Below are positions 21,539 to 34,366 of a stretch of DNA of 64,000 nucleotides, in pieces (the first letter of the stretch is position 1; each line of letters starts with the position of its first letter). Under the pieces are notes generated by a model, which ran no database searches, had not been told where the DNA came from, and worked only from the letters and a program-made list of their open reading frames with translations. Source of the stretch: Antedon mediterranea (Eukaryota > Animalia > Echinodermata). The stretch is from the NCBI RefSeq assembly GCF_964355755.1, contig NC_092671.1, positions 13,082,001 through 13,146,000 on the forward strand, written 5' to 3'. Position numbers and translations under genes: made by a program.

Positions 21539-23289
21539 GCTACAACACACGCATAACATATCTGTAGTTAATACATTACTAAATATTATACAAAGGTTCA
21601 TTCAACATAGACTATCTAACATTAAAAGCGTGGAATGTAATGTTAAAACATAATGTAATGTAAAACATTAATTTAATCAACTTCCTTGGTATAACCATAT
21701 GGAGGAAAGGTATAATGTATTACTGTGTGAAAATATTTTAGCTAAAATAACAAGCCTTAAAAACATATGTAAAATGTAAAAAATATTAGTATTATACGAT
21801 ATTTGTTATTTTTTAGTAACGTATTCCTGTGTGTGAATATAGCTATAGTGGAAAAACTATAATAAAACAGGGGCCTTAGTGATATTAGTCTGTTACTGAA
21901 TATATATATTTCCTAGTTAATGAGTCTAAATATCAGAATAAAATTATCGTTTATGAAAATATCCAACAAAATTATACTATTGGTCAAACACATAAAATGA
22001 AGATACAGAATGCCCATAGTCCTATAATAACAGAACCACAAGCTTAACCATGTCATGTAGCCATTTGTCACATATTGTTCAAATTTGTATGTGTTAAATG
22101 CAAGAACTATGAAATAAACGATAATTTGTGGTAATATAAAAATATTTTAAGAGTTAAAGAAGTTGTATTCAATTGTAAAGTCATCTGTTTTAAATGGATT
22201 AAAAAAAACTAACATAGAAGTGTAAAATATTATTTATTCACAACTTTAAACTACTTTATTACATGTGAGTTACTGGTTACAGTTAATAATTAATATATTT
22301 GTGATTGTTATGCGTAATCATTTATTAGCATATATTTCATGTTGGCTGTTTCTGTCACTCTTGTTGAGTTGTTTTATAGTTAAATGAATAAAGTTACTGT
22401 TGAATAAAGTTACTGTTAAACAAAATACACTATGTTTTGTACTTATTTGCCCACTGTCCTTTAGTAAATATAATCAACATGTTGAATGAAGCATGGTAGT
22501 ATTGAATCCTGTTGGCACTCTTGGACTTCAAAGCACAAAAATAAATTTAAGATTTATAGTATATGAATGTGCATATCAGCCAAAGCATTTTAAATGGAAT
22601 TACACCCAAGGGATATTCAAGCACTGCATTGTGACTACCATGACTTGGCTATCAAATATTGATGAAGAAACATAATAGTAACAATAACGCCTTGTTTCTC
22701 TGCTACTACTTATTTTATTTTCATAATAGAAGTTACACATTACAAATGACACTGTGTCGAAAGCATTCACTTAAAAACAAATTTGGTTAAGTGATGCTAA
22801 CAACATACATTATAAGGAATGTCTGATGAATAAACATGTGGGTTTTAATTGATGGTGGTCTTAAAATGATGCTGGATATATAAAAACAGGCTCTTCATAC
22901 AAAAGTCCATTTGTGGGCCATCAATGACATTACTTGAAAACATATAATAAATGACTTAATTTCTTTAAACAAGAATTTCAATATATTCTATGCATCCATA
23001 TCCATGTATTATCTCACACAAACAAATATTCATTGATTTCATCTAGTATAAAATCGTTTTCCTGTATTGAAGCACTTGATTGAAGTTCAGTCAACAATCG
23101 TATCAAAATAATTATTGAGCTCTTTGATAAAAATTTTTCACTTTGCATAAATTGTGAATTGGTTGTAAAGATGCAATATATAGTATATAAAATGAATGAA
23201 GTGAGAAGTAAGACAATTATTTAACTTTCTAAGTAGAACATTAATCTGTATATTTCAGAATAGATTGCAAATTTACTTTCCTTAATTTC

Positions 23290-26200
23290 TCAATAAACTT
23301 TGCTTTTGAGCCATTCCTTGATGGCACCCCCTTCACGGCTCAACCACGAAACATGCAGTCGAATATTCTCCAACGATTGTCGGACGGTTCTCGCAGCTGC
23401 TGGAGCAGGATGCTCTTTGAAAAATGTCTCAATTTCTTGCGCTTTCTCCTCGGTTACGAATCCCTCAGTAGTACACTGGAATGAAATTGTAACATCAAAA
23501 TTGACATGTATTCTCTATTGCAATTAAATCCACATTTAGCTTAAGTCAATCCATGGATTAAGGAATAGAAGGATATGCATCAGTTTGAGATCAAAGCTTC
23601 CATGACTCTAGCCTACAGAGCGCGGACCGCTCACAATGTGACAAAATAACCGTCGTTGACAACAAAACGGTTGCGTGCCTAATATATTGTTTACTGCACA
23701 TGCTCAACAACCTTTAACCTTGTTGGCTATGCTTTCGCGCGCATGATTAATATTTTATATTTTAAGCGCTAGCTGCTATGGCGACAAAACTTTATAAGAC
23801 GAATTTATTATAACTTTTCTGAATTCAAATTAAACAATCTCCAAGAAATATTACAAGATTATTAATAAATGTAATTACATGTAAAATTACAAAATCAGCA
23901 AGATACTAGGCCCAGGCCTTATAGGCTTACTAGTAAACCCTGTGATTTGCAGACAATGCCCGACATTGATATAGGCCTAGGTAGGCCTATTGGTAGGCCA
24001 ATCTTAAGTGTAGTAGCTACAATGTGATCTATATTCTCTTCTCGCCTCTTAGCATTCTGTTAACAATGAAACTGCATGAATGCTGACGCGAGTTGCACTC
24101 TCCCTCCTAACATCTGGTTTGAGTGGCATTTTATCTGGCTAGTATTAGGAGAGACTTCCTAGCAAGATGCTTGATTGCTCGCGAATTGCTGACTGTGTTC
24201 ATCATCCTACACTCGTACATGATGATACTCCTCTCTCTATGCCTGCACCCCCTGCGGCTTCTACAGTCTCGGATGCTCTGTCTCCGGCAGTTCTGTAGGC
24301 CATCATGCAACAGTGAGAGCATAACAGAGGGACATGCCCTCTGTATTGTCCTCTCCTCTCAGTTCCATATATAGAACTGAAAATTGAGAATGCACTTCAT
24401 CAGTCACACCTCCACTATCAATTCACATGCATCAGTTGCATGTGGTTGCATAGGTGTTGTATACAGGTAGTGCCAGCTAGGTGGCGAACACAGTCAACAT
24501 TCTCGCCCCTTCGTTATCTCCACAAACATCACACCAGTAGCCACAGCAGAGCTGAAGGTAATGGATACACAAAGCTCGTTGTAACTTGTCTCCCACCGCC
24601 GACTAGTATCTAATCCGGTGCTACACTAGCTATTGTCGGTTTATCCAGGTAAGCTAGGCACGAAATAGACTACACAAACCAACAGTGGTGTTGGTAGTCT
24701 ATGAGTGCTAGCTTACCTGGATAAACGCCCTCCCGCCGTCCCCTCAGACAAGAGGTCTTGCGAAATGATGATGGTGGTTTGTGGTGAGGCTCTCACTTGA
24801 GGCATAGTTCATGGACTATACCATTTGTGGAGAGGGGTGTTCAATGAAAATTTCTACTTTTCGAGGTATATCTCGCTCTTCAAGGAGAAAGGTTGTCATG
24901 GTTAAGCTTGCCTTGCGAAAACGAACGAGTGCTAGAGAGTAGCAGTAGAGTCAGTGGTGACGTATCGCAACTATACATAGCCAGTCAATTCGGATCAGGG
25001 ATTGCAGTTTTCATTCAATTAGGCCCGGTGATTGGATGTCATGTGAATGACATAACCACTAGCCAATCACCAGGCACTACAATTTAAATATAATCACATC
25101 GATAATTAAGGAGATTTATGAAGAAACCACTTCTTAGCCATATATTAAAAACACGTTTGTTGTACGCAAGTACACAGGAACATACATGGTCAAATGCATA
25201 ATTTAATATTCTATAGATTAGCGCAATTTTATGATAATATGATAATTCAAATATAAAAATAATACTTAAAATTTCCGGTCGTCAAAAGTGAACTTTTCGT
25301 AGTCCGATTGTGATGAAATTAAAACAGAATTGTTCAGCAATATATTGTTGATGTCAATTAATCATCGACGCAGACATGTCAATAGAACAATCAGACTGCG
25401 CATACGATTTCTACATGGCTACGTTCTATAGAGGGCCGCGGTTAGAGACACAGAGTTCAATGAGAGTGTTTGTTTGATTGGCAGCAGTGCTTAATATAGG
25501 CAAGCGCGTTGGAAAATCGTTTGATGCATATCCTTCTATTCTTTTATCCATGGTCAATCTCACAAGCTTACTTACTTTTACAAGTCTTGATATAAGGAAT
25601 CCGCCAGTGTAGCGTTCAATTAGCTCAGGCCAACGATCCTGAAGGAACTGCCATGCCATTTCTCGTCCAGTTTTGGAACCAGTCACGCCAACAATTACAA
25701 ACACTGTATCTTGAGACCGTACTTTATCCTGCAACATACAAACAAATGTTGATTTGATGAGTAAGTATATCAAATATTTGTTGTCAATTCATCTTTTAAA
25801 CCATTGATTCTATTTATTTAGGTTTGACAAAATGTTGAATAATCTAAAACTGGTCTTATAGCAGAGTGACATCTTAACACAAAAATAACATGTTTAGGCA
25901 ACTGGATTGGGACTCCCGACCTTGGTGTCTGAAATCTGGTATGTGCATGTGGAGCTCATGGCGCTTTGTGCATTAACAACTATATGTCTGCCTTAACCTG
26001 CCTAACAAGTAATGTCCTCTATTGTCTTACCGACATGGCGAAATCCAAGACCTTCTTAATCAACTGTGGGTCTTTGACTGCTCCTAGTGACCTCATGATA
26101 CGCTCACGTTCTTCATGAAGATCTTGCTTATTGAATAACTATAATCAAATAAATTGTTTGATTAAAAAATGTGGAATTAACAGCATTGCAAAAATTGTTT

Positions 26201-29200
26201 TAACCAACTTTCAACTATTTTCACACTTCCTGTGTAACTTTTTGTGCACTTACTTCCAACATTGCATTGAAATCCTCTTCATTTCCATGTACAAGCACTG
26301 TATTATAAACCTAAATGAAATTTAAACAAGACAAATATTATTCACTTTAGTATTAACAATAGGGAAATAGGGTAATAGTAATACTGTAGTATAAGTACTT
26401 ACTGGGGCTCTGAGATCAGCGGGCAAAATGTTTACATTACTGGCATGATCCTTAAAACGCTTTCTGGCTTCTTCCACAGCGTGCGGATGACCGTTACGTC
26501 CCATGATACGAATAACTAAACTTCTTAACAAGGCATCCAAATGTCCTAGGATAAAGCAATAAATATTCCAAAAATGCATTGTACAAATATCAATACATGC
26601 TATACTTACTAATCATAAAAGTAAATATTTTACATTTTAGGAATCTGATTTACAATAAGTCTATTAACAAAAACATATAAAAGATGCTTTTGATTAAAAT
26701 TTTATCTTATCAAATTGTATTTTAAAGTTATTATTCATGTTATTCCATTATGCAATTGCCTGTGATCTTACCCTCTCCCTCTTTCTTTTCCCATCCAAGT
26801 CTTTCGTAGGTTTTCAAGAACAACTTAGTGACAAAGGTCTGAAGCAGTGTACTGTAGTCAGTGAAGGCTATCAGTGTAGCAAGTGCCCCAAGGTTAGAAG
26901 CAATATCACACCATACAGTGTAGTTAGTCTCAGACTCAAAGGCTTCCATAACTCGCAACGCATCAACCGTACTGGCTGCACCAGCTTTAGCCTGAAAACA
27001 AGTGTATTTAAAAAAAATAATAAAATACTGTTTTTGTGGGTTAAAAAATCATTAAGCTAAATATACAGCATAATAATAGTTCTTTAACTCACACTGTATA
27101 TGTAATTTATCTAAAAAATAAAGTTAAATAACAATTTAAATATATACTTCTCTTTACCAATGCAAATAGATCGCTTTCCAAATTAAGTCTGTCTCTTGGA
27201 GGTAAGGAGCAATCTTTAATACTTGGTATCAAAGCATCCAACATTTCAGATGAGTAATGTGCACGGTAAAAACCAACTGCACCTGGATTTAGCTAAGATA
27301 AAAACAAAACTTTCATAAAAACTGTTTTTATTCACAATGAGTACTATTCGCAATGAGTACTATTTACCATAAGTACTATTCGCAATGAATACTATTCGCA
27401 ATAAATACTATTCGCAATGAATACTATTCACACTGAATACTATTCACAATGAGTACTATTCGCAATGAGTACTATTCGCAATGAGTACTATTCACACTGA
27501 ATACTATTCACAATGAGTACTATTATTCACAATGAATACTATTCACAATGAGCACTATTCGCAATGAGCACTATTCGCAATGAGCACTATTCATAATGAG
27601 TAATATTCGCAATGAGTATTATTCGCAATGAGTACTATTCTCAATGAGTACTATTCGCAATGAGTACTATTCGCACTGAGTACTATTCACACTGAATACT
27701 ATTCACAATGAGTACTATTCACAATGAATACTATTCGCAATGAATACTATTCGCAATGAGCACTATTCGCAATGAGCACTATTCGCAATGAGCACTATTC
27801 GCAATGAGTACTATTCGCAATGAGTACTATTCGCAATGAGTACTATTCGCAATGAGTACTATTCGCAATGAGTACTATTCGCAATGAGTACTATTCGCAA
27901 TGAGTACTATTCGCAATGAGTACTATTCGCAATGAGTACTATTCACAATAAAGACTATTCGCAATAAGTACTATTCGCAATGAATACTATTCACAATGCA
28001 TCCTATTCACAATGAATAGAGTACACATTCTTATATACTGTCTGGTGTTACTCACCTTCACCCATCTTCCTTCTTTCATAAAAACTGTTTTTTCACAATG
28101 AATAGTATTCACAATGCATACTATTCACAATGAGTACTATTCACATTGAATACTATTCACAATGAGTACTATTCGCAATGAGTACTATTTACAATGAGTA
28201 CCATTCACAATGAGCACTATTTACAATAAATACTATTCGCAATGAATACTATTTGCAATGACTGTTCACAATGAGTACTATTCACAATGAATATTATTCG
28301 CAATGAATACTATTCTCACAATGAATACTATTCACAATGAGTACTATTCACAATGCATACTATTCACAATGCATCCTATTCACAATGAATAGAGTACACA
28401 TTCTCATATACTGTCTGGTGTTACTCACCTTCACCCATTTTCCTTCTGGAACATCAAGAGTAACAGAATCTGAAGCTGTGCTTAGAACAAATTTATGAGC
28501 CACTTTTGAAGGATTGTCACTGGTTATGACAGATATTGGTACTTCCCAAAACTTTTCTTCTCCTGCAAGACAATGCCAAAAATGTTAAAAAATTACAACA
28601 CTAGGCCGAAACAATTTGGTTTACAGTCACCCAAACATATTTCCAGAGTGTGAACTCTGATTAGCTTGGACGTAAATTTATATGTGATACCTGATTGTGG
28701 TTGAATTGCATTGAACTTTGACTGAGAGACAGTCAAGACACGAGATGAACCTTCTTGTTTTGAGGTTACTTTAAGAACGGGGAAACCCATCTCTTTTGTC
28801 CATGCATTCATGATACGTCCAACTGGTTTCGATGATGCTTTTTCTAGACTCTCCCAAAGATCTTCGGTGAATGCATTTGAGTATTTGAATTTGGTAAGGT
28901 ACTGATTCAATCCAGTTTTGAAGTCCTGAATGCAATGAAATACTTATTTTTTTATGTGACATGTTAAAACAATTAATGCAATGCAGATTTGTTTTTTAAC
29001 ATGAATATAAAAAAAAGTGCATTATGAATAAGTTATTTATCACTTACATCATCTCCTATATAGTCATGTAACATTCTGATAATAGATGCGCCTTTGCTGT
29101 ATGAGATCAAATCAAAGATTTCATCAATTTCATCAGGATGTCCAACTGGAACCTACACATGATTCAAATTAAGATAAATTAATTGAAAAAGAGTACTTAC

Positions 29201-32138
29201 TACATTTCAAAACCAGTTTAAGAAGTTCAGAATCTCATAAATTTAAAAACACTCAAAACTTATAGATAGAACATGAGATGCGGTTACAGTTTTCAGTTAA
29301 ATGAACAAGGGGCAGTATATGTATATAATATACTTTATAACACTACAACCCACCTTCATTCAGGGACACATTTAATACTGCTACTGTACCTTTTTACCAC
29401 CAACAGATAAAAGTTCACAGCAATGAATCATTATTATAATAGATAATATTATAAAATACATACTTCAATTGGATGACTGTTTTTGAGGGCATCTAAATTA
29501 AGAGCTCTGGTGTAATCTGTTGTAACAAACTGCGTCCATATGTCATACTCAGGAAAACAGTGGTCTACACACAGGTACTCAATCCAGGATGCGAATCCTT
29601 CATTCAACCATAGATGTGTCCACCATTCCTAAAACGAACACAGTATTCAATCAAGTATATTGCATTTATCAATATTCAGTCACATTTATTCAGCAATATA
29701 ATTATTTACATTGTTACAGGGATCTTAATTGTCTGTTGTCGTAAGACCATTTGAAGAAAAAGAATATCAATAAATGTTTATAAATATGTAGCCATAGTTT
29801 TTTTTATATATATTATCATAAGAAAAAATAATTACCATAGTTACAAGGTTTCCAAACCATTGATGAGCAATTTCATGTCCTATATTGAAAATATTAAAAT
29901 CAAAAAGTTTACAAGGATGCGATAACGAAAAGCTGTGTCGCATACTAATAAAGATTGTTTAATAAGAAGTAATGCGTTTACATTCAAATAATGTTAGTTT
30001 GGTATGCAAGAAAAAAAAATGTAATAATAATTACCAACAACTAAAGCAACCCACTGCTTGGCAGATGAGGATGAGTTCTTTGGATCTATTAACAAAGCAG
30101 TTTCTCTAAAAGAGAGAAAGTTTTTAATTATAATATTAATTATCTCATACTATATTGCACATCAGATTTCATTGTGCACTAAAGGTCAGCTTTCAAATAG
30201 TGGGTTAGTATCTTTAGATTTGTGATTTCTCATTGGAGTCCTTATATGTGGAGTAGCTTTACGTTAGAGAGTTGAGTAATTGGTTTGCCCTATTCTGATT
30301 TCATTTTGTACTTTATATAATTGAATTTTTTATATTATTCTTTCCTACCTGTAGGTGACTAGTCCCCAGTTTTCCATGGCACCTGCAGCGAAGTCGGGTA
30401 TAGCAATCAGATCCATTTTTGGAAGTGGATAAGCAATTCCAAAATAGTTATTGTAAAAAGGAAGTGTCTTTACTGCAACCTGTAAAGAAAGATAGTCTTG
30501 ATATACTTTTTGGTAAAATGTGTAAAGAGACTGAACACATTGAGTATTAGACATCTTGGTCTGTACCTGTATATCTATATACAACACATTTTAGCCAATA
30601 TCTGGGTAAAACAAAGAAAATATAAAAATACTCTTGGAAATTTTTCCCCTACCTGCAATGCAAAGTCGCCCTGTTCTTTCTTATTCACTGGTGTATAGAC
30701 TCGCACCAATACACCATCTGACGTAGTATTTTCTACATAATCAAAGTCACCCACTATGAACGCTAGCAGATATGTGGACATAATTGGTGTTCGAGCAAAT
30801 GTTACTTCTCTCAAATTTGCATCGGTGGAGAGTGCTTTATCCTCTATGACATTCTGAAAGAGGTAACAATATTACAAAATACATAGGAATTCAATTAACC
30901 TTTTCATAACACAAAATTGGAAAGCGTTTTATTTTAACATCAATGTAAAACTCACCATGTTTGATAGGGCAACCTTGCTTTTCGGTACTATAAGTTTGAT
31001 ATCAAAAGTTGCTTTTACTGCTGGCTCATCCCAACAAATGAAGGCACGGCGTGCATCAGTAGCCTACAAAAACATGAAGCACTTTTAATATGAAATATGG
31101 TTAAATGAAATTGAATGATTTATTCTAAAAAACAAAATAGAATTATATATGGTATGAGATTAGAGAGTAAGCAAGTACCTCAAATTGAGTAACAGCACAA
31201 ACTCTATCTTCCCCATCAACTTGATACTTGCTTCGATAGAACCCCTTCATCTTATCATTTAATTCACCAACATATTGAAGATGAATTTCTGCAGGTCCAG
31301 GTGGCAAATTGCTTGGAAATTCAAAGGTGACTGTCTCATCATCCACCCTTGGAGTTATTGCACTTGGTATAATATCTAATATTATTATAATATAAAATTG
31401 GTTATAAGCAAGCTTACTGTAGTTTTTTTATTTAACGTAACCATATTTTAACAACTTTTTTCAGTTTCTTACCATTTCCACCTGCCTTGAAGATTACACT
31501 TGAGATTTTTATATCCACAGAATTTAAGGTAACTATTGATGTTTCATTCTTTACCTGAATAAAATAAAAAAAATGTATCCTTGCACATTTATTTAGTGAC
31601 TAACTAAATTCTATTTTGTGTTATCTTATATATAGGCTAGACTAGGCCCTTATAGCCTACTAATTATATTATATTAAGGCCCAAATTATTTATTATCACA
31701 TATATAATTATCAAATTTATTTATTATCATATTACCATAAGATGCCTGGCTATTTGCCGAGTGAGCCTGGGGATATGCCTGTCCTAGCCAGGTTACTACT
31801 ACACTAGACCCAAGCCTAGGCCGCCCTAGAGGCTAGTAGATTTCCAGGCTAGTGTAGTATTAGGGCCTAGGGCCTAGGCCCCTACGCTATTGCCTAGCTA
31901 GGCTAGGACTAGGCTAGATAGTAGTATGCCTAGGCCCTATAGGCTAGCCGGGATAGCTAGGCCTAGCCTAGGCCTAGTTAATAAAATAAGTTAGGCCTAG
32001 AAATTAAACACTCACAACAACAGTTATGACTTCTTTTCCATTGAATGTAAAAGCATCAAGATCTGGTTGAAGTTCAAGGTAATAATTTTCTGGAACAAGA
32101 TCAAGTGCAAGACGATTAAAAGCCTTCTTTTCTGCCAT
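23290..32138 (-). CDS. NPEPPS: Puromycin-sensitive aminopeptidase (M1 family), ~19 exons
   Basis: Exon 1 32138-32016 [10 protein letters not shown]; [25 protein letters not shown]; [15 protein letters not shown] (30349-30479); [14 protein letters not shown] (29836-29879); [13 protein letters not shown]; [13 protein letters not shown]; last exon 23475-23290 ends EWLKSKVY*. Confidence 0.96.
23552..25552. mobile_element. Non-autonomous P-element-like DNA transposon in the last NPEPPS intron
   Basis: 31-bp TIRs CATGGATTAAGGAATAGAAGGATATGCATCA (29/31 match), 7-bp direct repeat GTCAATC at 23545-23551 and 25553-25559; CATG termini and 7-8 bp TSD fit the P superfamily. Confidence 0.8.
27331..28390. 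repeat. 16-bp minisatellite (CAATGAGTACTATTCG)n in two blocks (27331-28017, 28092-28390)
   Basis: Direct tandem copies, roughly 60 in total, in NPEPPS intron 12. Confidence 0.95.
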
Positions 32139-33339
32139 TTTAGAAGCAATACTTCCTCGATTTCTTCTCTCTGAAAATTCACAAGAACACAAGAGGGCGC
32201 ATGGTGCTCGAGCAAGTTGTTCCAGGGTGTAACTCCAAAAACGCGTTAACAAACGCGTCAGCTTTTTCTATTTTAAGTTAATCAGGAGGCAAATTGACTG
32301 GCTCCTATTTTGTTTCAATTTCAATTTTTATTTTAGACAAACTGTCCATATGATAAATAATACAAAGAAAAGAAATACATTGGATTGGATTCTGTAACAA
32401 CCAACATTAACAAAGAATGAAGAAAAGAGGACCAAGAATTATTCATTGACATTTATTCCATCAATATTCAACCAGTATAATACAATTTCTTTTTTTGCTT
32501 TTTATTATTCTGGTAAGAAAACTGTAAATTGATAGCCTCAAATATTCATAAGATTGATGTATTGACTTTATTCGAAATTCTCATGAAACAATATAAAAAT
32601 ATACATAAATACTAATATTTTTAGTTTGATGTAATGCTTACCACAAATCAAGAACAAACACTTCATTTGTAATGGTATGTAGGCCTAATTTTTAAAATAC
32701 AAACCTACACTTTTAGCTAAATTTAGTAGGAAAATGTTAAGCCTTGTTTCAAACTGGATTTACTGGAAATGGTAAAATTAATTATTTCTAGTAGGTTGAA
32801 GGTCATGTTTTACTCAACCCAATAAATTATTATTTCAGTATATCCATATATTCGCATTATTGCTCCATTCACAGGACCCACAAAGCATTAATAAAAATAT
32901 ATTTATTATACATATAATTTTTGGGATACATTTAAAGAACATTAACTAATTTTTTATTTGTGACCATAATTGCTTAATTATACAAAATTAATATAAAAAA
33001 AATACTATTGGCCAGAGGCCTAAAGTTAAGTCAGGCAAGGTGCCCGAAGAGGAGTATGCTTTAATGCATTTTTTATTTTTATCATAACATAATTGAAGTT
33101 GTTTACAATTTAAAACATCATAATACATTTTCAAAACTAGGCTTAGTGTCAATACTAATAAATAATTCATTTATTTATTTAGTATAAATATGTAACTAAT
33201 GAATGTAAACATAAATAATGTAATTATTGAGCAATGATTATTGTATCTTTAAAACAAAAATATTAGTGATCTAAAAAGGTGTCTGAATTAATGTGAAATA
33301 TTTTTTTCACTCAATTAACATGACCTAAAATATTGATGG

Positions 33340-34225
33340 GCATATGTATCTCTTCACCTGACGACGCTCATCTGCTGCAAGAGGATCTGGATTCTCTTGT
33401 GGGATGGGCTGAGACATGGAAACTTTCTTTAAAAATAAGCAAATGTAAATCTTTGTGTATCACTCTGAAAACAAAGCCTATTATAACCAAATACAAGTTG
33501 AATGATCAGGAATTAGATTGTGTTAATTCTCAAAGGGATTTAGGAGTTTTAATTGATAGTAAGTTAAATGTTTGTTTACATGTTAATTATGTTGTATCTA
33601 AGGCAAATAGAATGCTGGGTTTGTTATGGAGGAACTGTAGATTCATGGGCAATGGTGGAGCATTAATATCATTGTACCGTTCAGTCGTGCGCCCCCACCT
33701 GGAATACTGTTCAGTCATTTTTAATTCAATTTCTTGTACTCAATCTCAGCGTATTTATAATGTTCAGAACAAATTCATTAGATTCCTTACTCGCACTTGT
33801 CCTAATTTTTATGTTTCTCTTTTTTCTCTTGAAAATCGTAGAGTTGTTTTTAATATGGTTTTTTTATACAACTCATTCAATTCCGTTTATGATTGTCCTC
33901 TTGTTGCTTTGTTTAAGTTGAATACACCAACTCGTACTCGCAGCAAGTGTTTGCTTCACGTTCCTTGTGGTCGTGTTGAATGCACAAAACGAGGTATTTT
34001 ATTTAATAGGTTACTTGTTACTTGTTTGGATATTGATTTATTTTATGATAGTTTAAATGTATTTAAGGGTAAAATTGTTAAATGTCTTTAATGTTGTGAT
34101 CTTTGTTTATGTTTTTGTTGTTTATTTGAATATATTTTATAGTTTATTATGTTTAGATTCAACCTGTTAGTGGCGGTTTCATCGCTGTTGGTTGACAACT
34201 GAATAAAATAAAAAATAAAATAATA
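33340..34225 (+). mobile_element. 5'-truncated LINE (CR1/L2/Jockey-like) with C-terminal RT region and AATAAA-type tail
   Basis: ORF 33333-34091: LQEDLDSLVGWAETWKL..KCK..RDLGVLIDSKL..KANRMLG..LYRSVVRPHLEYCSVIF; short 3' hairpin then gaataaaataaaaaataaaa. Confidence 0.88.
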
Positions 34226-34366
34226 CTGTAAGCCGTAACTAAATCAATGTTGGACCAGCTTGTTAAGTCATTTAGCAAGTTTAAAGAAAATATGAAGACA
34301 CCTCTCAGACCTATCTCAGTGAACATATTCAATGATAACATTGCCGGTCAGTTACATAAGCTTTAA

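Noticed and set aside
23568-23577. ATATCCTT AT-AC minor donor in the last NPEPPS intron
   Set aside because: It is part of the transposon TIR and does not border an exon.
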